Made by a program: the position numbers and the translations under genes. The notes below the pieces were generated by a model. It made no database searches and was not told the DNA's origin. It saw only the letters and a list, made by a program, of their open reading frames with translations. Positions 1 through 10,580 of a stretch of 64,000 bases of DNA are shown here, in pieces. Source of the stretch: Lytechinus pictus (taxonomy: Eukaryota); the NCBI RefSeq assembly GCF_037042905.1, contig NC_087245.1, forward strand, positions 20,772,001 to 20,836,000, given 5' to 3'. Each line of letters starts with the position of its first letter. Position 1 is the stretch's first letter.

Positions 1-191
1 AACGATACACATATAAATGTGAAATAATGAATATTAGCGACAGCAAAAAGAAAAAAAGTATAGCCTTCCAGCCTGAAGCAGAGATAAGAACCATCCAATA
101 TTTCTTTATTATAGTTAAAATGTATTTTACACACACAAAAAAATAATTTACTGGATTAAAATCGCGAATGTTTTGAAGATAAACTTATAAA

Positions 192-312
192 CACTGGCGG
201 ATCCGGGGGAGGAGGGGGGGGGCACACCCGGCCCGTGCCCCTTCCCTTTGAGAGGCTTAATAAAAAATGTAATGTAAATATGCCGTTCTAACAAAGGTTT
301 ACCCCCCCCCCA
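192..312. mobile_element. MITE fragment (CACTGGCGGATCC-polyG terminus)
   Basis: Starts CACTGGCGGATCCGGGGG..GGCACA..GTGCCCC, the same end architecture as the elements at 4448 and 24993. Only one end is recognisable. Confidence 0.5.
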
Positions 313-2461
313 ACTGCAAAAAGAGAAATTGATAGAATAAAGATTTTCTGAATTTTCTTGCTACGCCCTTTGCTGAAAGACATAGACCTCAGTAATGGGA
401 TGACCAAGGCAGTTAGGACTGATTGCATTGAGAGCCCATAGATTATGATCTAGTCCAGCAGAATATACTCGCCATCGACAAAATGTGTACGTTCAACTGT
501 TCCGAATGCTTTAGAAAATTGGTTTAATGGTTTATTTAAAAATATACAGAAAATAGCAGCACAAAGGCTGAATTACATTAGTTCGCAATATACATGACAT
601 AATTACAATGACACAGGCAATTATTAAACTAAAATGGTTGTATACATGTAAATTATTATCATATAGATAAAGTTGGATGTATAGGCCTATACCCAGCGTA
701 TGACTGAGGAAGAAAAGGGAGAGGTCAGAAGGGAGATACAAATTTGTACTCAACATGATTAAAGCAGTGATTACATAACAACTTATATAACAGAAAATTG
801 ATATTTCTGTCTCTTCACATCAAAACATCTTCCTTGTTCCAGAAACGTTTTGATGAGGGATTATACTCACGAGAGAATGAAACGATACTTTTGCCATTTT
901 TCCAACGAAAATAAATGTGTAGTTCAAATCTATTTTGATTAATGGTTATATATTTTCTGTAGTCAACACCTGCTTGGGAAATTCAAAGATAATTTTCACT
1001 TTTATTATTGATATTTGGATGTTGCTGTTAAAGAAAAGTTTTCATTGTTTGTGAATTACATGTATATGTATCCAGTGGCTATTGAAAACTAGAATAAGTA
1101 ACATAATTTATTTTCACCTGTCACATCGCTCGTTTGTTATATAGGAACATAGATTACAGTTATTACCGATCGACTGACGTACTAGAAAACTATTCGTTAT
1201 ATTTTCTCATCAAAACGTGTTATCCGATAAGAAATGGCATAAAATTCTTTGTTAATTAATTCTGCAACTGACTGCTTTTACCGATTTTAAAGGTAACGAA
1301 AATATACATTTTTCTCCTTTTCTTGGCAAGAATTTTGTTTACAAAAATATTAATCTTTGTAATTGTTGTATATGCATTAATTCTATTCCCACCACAATTA
1401 TAAGTCAACTTCTCACGTGAGAGGAATTGATTGTTATGTAAACTTTTTGATAAATATTGTAATATGTTACCTTATATTTCTTATCAATCAATCAATCAGT
1501 CAATCAATCATTGGAGTCTAAGTATGAGTATATCATGCACAGCACCAACCGTCTAAATGATTATGTAATATAATCTGCGTATGTTACTCTTCGACAGATT
1601 TACAAAACTTCAACCATATTTGGCTAAGGTCTTATAAATACAAGTCTTTATTGTCCGTTCTGTCAAAGAGAGAAAGCGATTTAAGATAGTGAGGATTTTG
1701 CGCCTGAACAACTCCTACATAAGCAGTTGTGTAGCATTGTTAAAACAGAATGACTTTATCGGACTGCTATTATTTTGGAATGTTGTGCGTTTTTGCATTT
1801 AGGCATTGCTTTTAGAATGAAATAAATGTGCAACAGCGTATAGGACCTTGTCGATCTCCTTTAATTTGACATTTGGTTGTGTTGCCGTCTGGATTTGCTA
1901 CTGGTAAGTTTTACAGAACCATTTAAGACAGTTGTGATCTTATATATTGATTTTTGTTCAAAATTAAAACAGAGGTAATACATACACATTTGATTTATTT
2001 ATTGATATTGATTGATTAATTTGATTGATTTGTGATATACATGTATTACGGTTATATATTTTTTAATAATATATCTGCTTCACCGAAAGCTAGATGCACT
2101 CTCCACCCCCCCCCTCTCGGACTTCTTTCGCCTTTGATAGAGCTAATTCATTTTGTGTGACTGGATTCTTTTCGCATTGGCGATTATGGAGTTAATCTAG
2201 CTGTGTTTCTTTATACAGCTATAATAATTTATTGCCAAGACGTTTTTAAGCCATATATTGAAACGCATAATAAACCTTTGTATATGTTATTGTCTTACTA
2301 TGTAATGTTTGATGCAATAGAAAACTCGGTAAAGTGATACAATTAACGAAACATTACAAAACAAAATATGTATATGTAAATAAGACATGATTATCGTTGT
2401 GGCCCCTCCCCCTTTCGCCGAGAGAACGCTGAGCTTGAACGAACATTATCATTAGTAAACA

Positions 2462-2463
<2 letters not shown>

Positions 2464-2505
<42 letters not shown>
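2464..2505. repeat. (TA)n microsatellite
   Basis: Direct read of the sequence. Confidence 0.95.
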
Positions 2506-2508
<3 letters not shown>

Positions 2509-4447
2509 TATGATATTGACACTAGTGAATACACCAGAAAGCGACAAAGCAGATGTCATTTTTTAAAATTATTCTCGAAAAGATGCGTGTACATTTTTTA
2601 TTACGGTTCACCGCTTCTGAAGAAAAAAACTATGATACATCAAGTATAGGACTAAGATGGGGTAATGTTTGGTATTACACCACTCATTGTAGAGTATATG
2701 TATGCATTGTTTGTCGACATGCGTGTACATAATAATAATGAATAGTGAGAGAACAAGAAAATAATACATGTATGTAGGCCTACGGCATGCCCACAGTTAC
2801 TTGCATTGTTCATTTTTGTATCTCAGTGGATTTGGATGGGATATAGTTTTGGGATGAAGATCCATCTTTTATTAATCTAAAAATTCATGAGGAGAATTAT
2901 ACGAAACAGACGTGGTTTAAGAAGATAGATGGGCACATTACATATTGGCTGTCGGTATAGTGCTGCTATTATTATGGAAATTGAATATGAAGACTTCTTC
3001 CCAAGTAACATACATGGAACTGTTGTCGTTATTTACGTTGTAATACTCTCTTCAAAAATCAAAACTACCAGTTCTTTAGATTAATTACTCCCATAGGATG
3101 ATTACCCCAGGTTAGGTTAGTCACTGATACATCGACTACTATTATTTCAAATGTCTTTATTTTGAAATACGAACATTCAGCTAAAGAACATTTTCATCAA
3201 ACTAACATGAGAGGAAGGATGTTGATGTATATATATATAACACAGTATACTGTAACAAATGTTTTGAAATGTGACAAACTTTTCATGATGCATGATGCAT
3301 TTAGGCCAAGGTGCACACGTATATAGAACATGCAGGGTATCCTGACCGTATAACAATCTCCACACGTGACGGACTGGATAGTGTATAGTTATGTGCCGAA
3401 GGTTGCTTGCATCTGGAATACTCCTTACCCGGTCGCAGTTTTCTTTTCCAATTAGCATCATAGCTTTCATACCGCGACACTGTTTTCACTTTAAGATTGC
3501 GGGCCCAGTCACTATCATCATAATTATTATCAACCACGGTCTGTCTGGATGAGGTAAACAGTCATCCTTGGCCAGCTGTATCGTTAGATAGAACATTCCT
3601 TGGTCTAGATCAATGTGAGACCTCACAGGAATGATGGTCCTGGATTCGAAACCCAACTCGGTGTAGTGTAGGCCTTCTATTTGCCGCCGATTGAAAGGTG
3701 TTAATTCACACTAAAGCAAAGTTATCGGATATGACCTAAAGGCGTTTGTGAACGATGTATAGCACATCGACTATTTCCATGGCAACGTCATGAAGAACCT
3801 AGAATCAATCCATGTTTCAGATTGAGGGGGGGGGGGGGGGCACAAGTGAAAAAATCCACAATTGTATTATAATTCAATATTTTGCCAAATTTGATATTTT
3901 TATGGTTTTTTTTCTCAATGTTTTAAACTTTGGATTGATAATCATCATGGTTATACATTATCAAGTTATAAAAATTATTATTATTATTTATTTGTTGCTT
4001 ATTACGATTTTTTGGGGGGTGGATATGTTTGCCACCCCTAGGATCGACGCCTTTAGTGTGTGTGTGTGTCTATAGAAGGGTGTTACCCTTTCAGAGCACG
4101 AATACTGAAACAATATTTGATTTGACCTAAACAGGGATCGTTCCATAAATGTTTGGTAAAAAAAATGTCGTGCATGAAATGTAGTCAATATTGTATCAGA
4201 ATTTACAATGAATACTGCTTATTGCTTGTATATTTCATCCAACAAATTTGTATTTCGTTTTAATCTAATATTATGTAACTTTTCACTCAAACTAAAAACG
4301 GGAGAACGCCTAGCGAGTCCCCCATTTCCCTCTTCTAAGTAAACTGTCGACTTAGGTCAATGACTCGCAGTTCGTTTTCTCACAGATTTAGAATATGGAA
4401 ACAATTCCTCTTGTCATTTTTATCACTGGCGACACCTTTATTTGTGT

Positions 4448-5363
4448 CTGGGGCAGCGATCCGGGGGGGGGGGGGGGGGCGGGGGCACAGTGCCCCCCAC
4501 TTTTTGAAGCACGGAAAGTGCCCCTTTTACGCAAGAAAATGCCCCCTCACGAACGTGTACTGTGCCCCTTCCATTGGAAGAAGACCCGTTTTAGGTGTTA
4601 CCAAGTGCCCTTTCTCGTATAACTGCCATTTTTTCTTCAAAAAATGCCCCCCATGGACATGTTCTGTGCCCTTTTCAACTGAGATTTGAGAAGGACCCAT
4701 ATAGTGCCATATCTCGTATTAGTGCCAAATTTCAACCAAAAAATCCCCCTCACGGAAGTGTTCTGTGCCCCTTTCACCTGAGAAAGATCCGTTTAATGAC
4801 GTTAGCAAGTACCCTTTTGCCATCTTTTAGGTGCCCGTTCTTCATATCAGATCAGTTGCATTGAAAAAAAACACTCTTTTCATCCCCGAGGAGCGCCCGG
4901 TTTCTATATTTAGCGCCGTTCTGCCCCCTTCTGCAAGTGCATAATAAATGGAAAAAAAAACTTGTGAAATTACTCATACATGCCTTAAGTTTCATGAGTC
5001 ATATGAGTGGGGTAGATAAGTCTTTTTTTTTCTTTGTTTTAAGGTCATGGCCGTACGCAGCGGTTGCCCCCCCCCCCCGAATTTATGAAAACTCACATTG
5101 TTTTTCAGCAGATTTTCTCAAAATTCACTAAAAGTGTGCACAAATTTTACCAATTTCACTTAACAAAATGCAAAGGCGCCTCAATGATAAGCTTGGTCGC
5201 TTCGCTCCCTCGCTTTCAAGTTTTTTTTCCAAAAATAATTACGCATGTTGCCCCCCCAGCAAAAAAGTTCTATATACGACCATGTTTAGGATAGTGCCCT
5301 TTTCAAAAGAAAATGTGCTCTTTTCCCCTGGCACTCACCTTTAACTTCGCTCTGCCGCCCCTG
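4448..5363. mobile_element. non-autonomous hAT-like DNA transposon with internal GTGCCC-rich subrepeats
   Basis: Ends CTGGGGCAGC.. and ..CTGCCGCCCCTG form an imperfect TIR. 8-bp TSD ATTTGTGT (4440-4447) / ATTTGTAT (5364-5371). Repeated GTGCCCTTT and AAAATGCCCC motifs at 4490-4930. CA-type ends with an 8-bp TSD fit hAT (inference). Confidence 0.75.
5046..5284. mobile_element. MITE nested inside the 4448-5363 element
   Basis: TIR CATGGCCGTACGCAG / CTATATACGACCATG. Flanks TTTAAGGT / TTTAGGAT (6/8 match) look like a degenerate TSD. Confidence 0.65.
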
Positions 5364-5532
5364 ATTTGTATTTGTATTTGTATTGCTGTTAGATTAGAGT
5401 AAAATCCAATGACATTTCGCACGTTATCTGTGTTGTCACTTACAGGGGCAACGAAGGAAGAAGGGCTTTTAATTCTCGCATCTGTATAGAAAGGAATAAT
5501 AACATGGAACTTTAGTGCTTTCAGCATGTTAA

Positions 5533-6015
5533 AGGGGAAGTTCACCCTGAAGAAATTTTTGTTGTAAAAATATCAGAAAAATGATTTAAAAAATATTGGT
5601 GAAGGTTTGAGGAAAATCCGTTAAAGATTAAGAAAGCTATTAGAACTTAAAGTTTTGGATTTGTGACGTCATAAACGAGCAGCTGCCCCATTATGCTATG
5701 TGATATAAATGAATTTCATTTTTTTAATGGTTCTTGATGACTTATTTTTGTTTTCTTTTTATGATCGAGCGTGAAACGGTTTGTCTATTGTATTAAAAGG
5801 TACAGTTAAAACCATTTTCAATTTTCTGAGAAAATCACATTTCATTGATTTTTTACCATTCGCTTTGAAAGAATGCTGCTCGCATGTGACGTCACAAATC
5901 AAATAATTAAAATTATAATAACTTTTTAATTCTTTGATGGATTCTTCTCAAACCTTCGGCAATATTTTTTTCAGCAATTTTCACAAAAAACTTTTTGTCA
6001 GGGTGAACTTCCCCT
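5533..6015. mobile_element. TTAA-targeting MITE (Kolobok/T2-MITE-like)
   Basis: Perfect outer TIR AGGGGAAGTTCACCCTGA / TCAGGGTGAACTTCCCCT, with imperfect inverted similarity for about 150 bp. TTAA at 5529-5532 and 6016-6019. Confidence 0.9.
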
Positions 6016-6082
6016 TTAAGCTGCCTAGGATTTGCTCACGGAGACCGTGGCGCCGTTGCCTCCATTTTGGCTTACGTAATAA

Positions 6083-6103
6083 CATGGACCTACTAGGTCC
6101 ATG
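6083..6103. mobile_element. micro-palindrome CATGGACCTA-C-TAGGTCCATG (possible transposon footprint)
   Basis: 10-bp perfect inverted arms. The outer 9 bp are identical to the palindrome at 21396-21413. Confidence 0.5.
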
Positions 6104-6239
6104 GTGTAAACATAGGCGTTAGTCATCGTGAATTTGCCACACCTATATGTTCTTCATGATGAGACTGTAGTTTTGTTTTGAGATTATTCTAGACATGCAC
6201 CTACCCACAGAATAATTTACATTTTCCCACCTTTCCGAT

Positions 6240-6310
6240 CTGTGTTACGCGCGAAAAAGTTGACCTATACTTCCTGTGTCAAACTGCGCACTGTGATGCG
6301 CAATAAATCG
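6240..6310 (+). promoter_or_regulatory. candidate promoter
   Basis: CpG-rich patch with E2F-like GCGCGAAA (6249-6256), ETS-like ACTTCCTG (6269-6276) and two TGCGCA half-sites (6285, 6297). Lies about 450 bp upstream of a strong splice acceptor. Confidence 0.45.
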
Positions 6311-6758
6311 GCCCGAATCCGAGGAGAAAGAGCATTGAAATGAAAGTTGTCTAAACCCTGATTCCGTGGTATTATGATTCATGTTTGTGTTTTTCGGCAT
6401 CTTCCGTCCCAGTCATTCACCAAATACCGTATTTGATAATATAGGAGCATCAAAATAACGTCAGTTAGACGGAATAGCTCAACCAAAATGGAATATTCTA
6501 TATTATTTAACATTAAGTATAATAATTTGGGAATTCATGCCAAAGATTGACCGGTCATAAAATTTCAGTCTGAATCTTTTTAATTGAAAAAACACCCTTT
6601 TTCATATTTATTGAAAATTGTAATAATGTATTAGCAAAATTCCTAAATTGTTTATTTGATTTAATATGTCTATGTTAATCTGCTTGTAACTATATTCCGA
6701 AGAATGTTGAATATTATACGATCTTTTTCCTAATATGTTTTTCTTTTCTATCTTGCAG

Positions 6759-7575
6759 GTTTGAATAATCAGTAGGCTTGAGCACCCAGTCGTCCAGAGA
6801 AGGGACCTTCTTCTGTCACTTTTCACCTTTCTCAGTTGGATTTATAATTGGATGTATATCGACACTTCTGGATTCTTCTGAATGGTATAGAAGCACAACC
6901 TTGACCTTTGACTTGGATGCTGTATAGATGGAGAAGTTCAGCATGATCTATTGAAGAGAATTATTGTTTTGGGCAGTCGTTTCGTCTTTCAAGAAATACC
7001 AGTGTATGAAATGCCGCTTGGAAGTCGTTAGCTAGGCCTGTTTGGATCGTTGGAAACATTGAGTTATCAGAAACCCAATTTGGAGAAAGCAAATTTTTTT
7101 ATTAACATATTACTTCAATGACTTTTTAAAGATATTGATCTGATCATTAAAAAAGAAATATAAGTAGTGAGTTTCTTCACACTTATCTCCTATAGCTTTT
7201 AGAATTTCGGTCAGTGCTACACCGTTCGACCAGACCGCGTCCGAATTTCGATCCTTATTGCTAATCAAAAATATCTTTATATGGAAACGAGGTTAATAAT
7301 TTAGGAATGAACCGATTTCTAATGAATTCGAGATTTCATAAAAAATTGATAGCACTTTGCTTAATGAGAAGGTATCATTCCGTTTCACCGACTGCCATAT
7401 TTTTGGAGTAATACCTTCAAACAGATATACCTTGGATATCGCGTGTGATCGAGGATTCAGCGGGAAAATTTTTACAAACCGCAGATAAAGTGCCGTCTGC
7501 TTGCTTTTGGTGAGATTGCGGTTTTTAGATTTGATTCTTATTTTGTTGGGGATGAATATATTGTATTGATAAACC
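6759..7575 (+). other. putative long 5' UTR portion of a host-gene exon
   Basis: Preceded by a long polypyrimidine tract and TTGCAG|G acceptor at 6758/6759. Non-repetitive sequence continues to the ATG at 7576. Confidence 0.45.
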
Positions 7576-7722
7576 ATGAATCAAGTAACAGGAAGCAGTC
7601 ACGGCGGAACAGCGTACAAGAATCTCAACTTTAAGAAGACAACTTCCAAGGCAAAGTTACAAGCTATCCAGCAACACGGATCGAGAAATAAAGATGGCGT
7701 CGTCACGGTAGAACTGAATGAG
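7576..7722 (+). CDS. putative first coding exon of an unidentified host gene (MNQVTGSSHGGTAYKNLNFKKTTSKAKLQAIQQHGSRNKDGVVTVELNE)
   Basis: ATG in good context (AAACCATGA), 49 codons of protein-like composition, ending exactly in phase 0 at a consensus donor GAG|GTAAGT (7723-7728). No family recognised. Confidence 0.55.
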
Positions 7723-7841
7723 GTAAGTCAACCTGAAACATTCATTTATATATCACAGGCAAAAGTAACGGTGAGCTTGATGCCTATGGGCTCTCTCATA
7801 AAACTTTATACTCCAATAAAGTTTTATGAAAGAGCCCTGTA

Positions 7842-7973
7842 GGGCCCCTCGACACAAAGCTTTGCGATTAATCTCATGGCTGATTTTAATATGCTTCATT
7901 TACATTGGACATTATGTGCTATCAATCTTACAATAAACTATATGAGCAATCGCAAACATTTGTGTTACGGCCC
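7842..7973. mobile_element. short MITE (PIF/Harbinger-like GGGCCC ends)
   Basis: GGGCCCCTCGACACAAAGCTTTGCGATT .. AATCGCAAACATTTGTGTTACGGCCC is an imperfect inverted repeat. A related copy starts at 24713. Confidence 0.6.
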
Positions 7974-8212
7974 GGTCCCAGAAAAGCAATGTACTGAAAT
8001 TTATAGCCTTTTATTAATTACTATTCAGAATATACACTGGTATGTGTGATTACTGTGAGATTTACATTGGCTTTTTAAAATTAGATGATGAATGTATATG
8101 TTGAGTGATGTTATGTTGAGTGAAGATACGTCGAAAAAAATATGAAAATTTGTAATGACATATCGAATGGAAATTAAATTCTAATTGACTTTTGAAGAAG
8201 TTTGATGTATCT

Positions 8213-8353
8213 GGACCACGTCTCACAAAGATGTCTGATCCAATCGATCACTGTGGAAAACTCTTTGATCGAATTAATGCTTCATGGTGTTGCTGGCTTT
8301 CAGGAGTTGTGAATGATCGGATCAATCACAACTCTGTAAGAATGTATAGGCCA
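8213..8353. mobile_element. degenerate palindromic MITE
   Basis: Internal inverted TGATCCAATC / GATCGGATCA, with GGACCACGTCTCACAAAGA and TCTGTAAGAATGTATAGGCC-type ends. Confidence 0.45.
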
Positions 8354-9438
8354 AGGATTTCGTGTGAATGTTGTGTCACAATTTTCTTACTTTACCATGT
8401 CTATTCCATTCTGTTTGCAGACGATAATGTAAAAAATATAATTGAAAAAAAGGTATTAGACTACATGTAGAGTATAACAGTTCGGTGTTTTTTAGTGTTA
8501 TATGAAATGATGACTGAAGAGTGTTTGTGTGCCGATCTCTTTGCATGCGATTTAAAATGTATATTTATTCTCGAAGCTTTTACCAGTAAATATTACACTA
8601 ATTTTATATCCGGGATATCATTATCAAAGGTGTAATATTTCGCCAATAATTGATGATTGTATATGTATCGTAGATTTCACGTTCTAAGGAAACCAAAATT
8701 ATCGATACCCATGAAATATGAATGTTAACATATTTGTATAATTACCGATATAGCAGAATGCATGATCAAAACGCTTAGAAATAAAGCAATTATGCAAAAT
8801 AAGGAGCATATTGCTGCGACAAAAAATCTATGTAATTGCTAACAAGTCATTGTGATGTATCATCTAGTAAAACCCACCTTTTGATATTGAATATGATGAT
8901 AAATCATCTAGTGGCGTGTCGGGACCAAAATATTACATATATGTAATGCTCCGATGAAGAAGCATTGTGTTGTGAAATAACAATTTACACAACACATTCA
9001 CATTATTCATGATATTTCTGCCAATGATTGTTGACATGCTCACCGAGCCGTATAGGAGTCATATGAATACTCATTCACTTTGAATATGAAATAAGATAAC
9101 TTCCTTTTCGCTCTCATGCGTCTTGGCGCCCATATGCCACAGAGCGGTTAATTGATTAATATTGTTGTGGTATCATAATAAATAAATTTCTATGGTTGGA
9201 TTTTGTACCCCAACCGCGTTATTTTTATATAAAGCATAAATTTACGCGCCAGTGTTATTTGGTCGAGATTGTTGGCCTAGCTTTTACACAACCCAGTAAC
9301 AAAATGTGTGATAATGCCATATTGATCAAGTATGTGTTGATAAGAGACACACAGAATGATCTTAACTATGATAGCTTTATTTATCACCTGACTGAAAGAA
9401 GACGAAATGAAGAAAAATCCAAATGAAAATATAAAGGG

Positions 9439-9516
9439 ATATATATGTATATATATATATATATATATATGTATATACATACATACATACATGTATGTAT
9501 ATATATTATTTATATA

Positions 9517-9558
<42 letters not shown>
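9439..9558. repeat. (TA)n/(TACA)n compound microsatellite
   Basis: Direct read of the sequence. Confidence 0.9.
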
Positions 9559-9562
<4 letters not shown>

Positions 9563-10363
9563 GTTTATATATTTAACGTGAAATTTCGGTCGCCCATAAT
9601 TGCCTCCTCCTTCCATCAAAAATTCTGCAGCCGCCCCTAATTCAAAAATATACCCCGATCATTTCTTCCATCAATGACTTTCAATGGCTGCCTTAGGCCC
9701 TTTATACATTGATATTATTGGTACTTTGCAAGCCAACACGGAAAAACGGAGTAAAATGTTACAATCGAATCGAGTCCATAGAATCTTAGGTCATCCAAAT
9801 GGCATACAACTTGTATCTGCAAGTATAGCAATTTTATGTCAACTGCATGCATATACTTGACAACGGTTAGAATAACGTTACCGTTGTTAATATGACAAAT
9901 GGGACTGCCCCATTTGCCAATGATTACTTTAATTACGGTCATTTCCATCGAATTAATGGGCTTAATTCCGAGCTAATAAGCCGTGAGATGCGGGTATGTT
10001 TATTGATTTTTTTTTGTCTGCTTTGAATGGAACCAAGACAGTAATAACTTAATTATGCTTTGTTCAATAATGCCTGTCTTTAATTATAACTGTGCTCGAA
10101 GCGGAAGAAATAAGAGTTGGAAAACGAGGGAGAGAATGAAAAAAATATATGGCTAACAGATGACATTGGATGAGGGCGCATATTGATGAGGAATTTCATT
10201 TCAATTAATTAAAGTCTTATCTTTGTATGATATCCATGAATCCATTTCAGAAGTTTCATTACGTAACCTGTATCATTTATGTAACCTTTATCCTTGCTTG
10301 CACTTTTCATAGATAATAAATCATAACAATAACATGTTTACAATATAGAGAACAGAATGGTTA

Positions 10364-10580
10364 CACTGCAACAACAACAACAAAATTCAAAACAAAATAT
10401 TTTGGAAGTGCATTGGTCAAACGTTTTGACCGACTAGGGTTTGACAACACTGTATGACAACTATTGAAAAGTTAATCATGGTCAAAATTTGACCAAATAT
10501 TCGTCACAAATTTTGCTTAATCTAGCTATAGTCGGTTTGTTTTTCTTTTTTACCAACTGTTTCGTGGTATATTTGCAGTG
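10364..10580. mobile_element. CACTGCA..TGCAGTG MITE with TA flanks
   Basis: TA|CACTGCAA .. TTGCAGTG|TA, with internal palindromic GGTCAAA..TTTGACC repeats. Confidence 0.6.

Noticed and set aside
3301..3720. Minus-strand frame interrupted by TGA stops (possible selenoprotein or readthrough)
   Set aside because: A TAG occurs just upstream in the same frame, there is no recognisable family or SECIS, and the pattern is compatible with chance.
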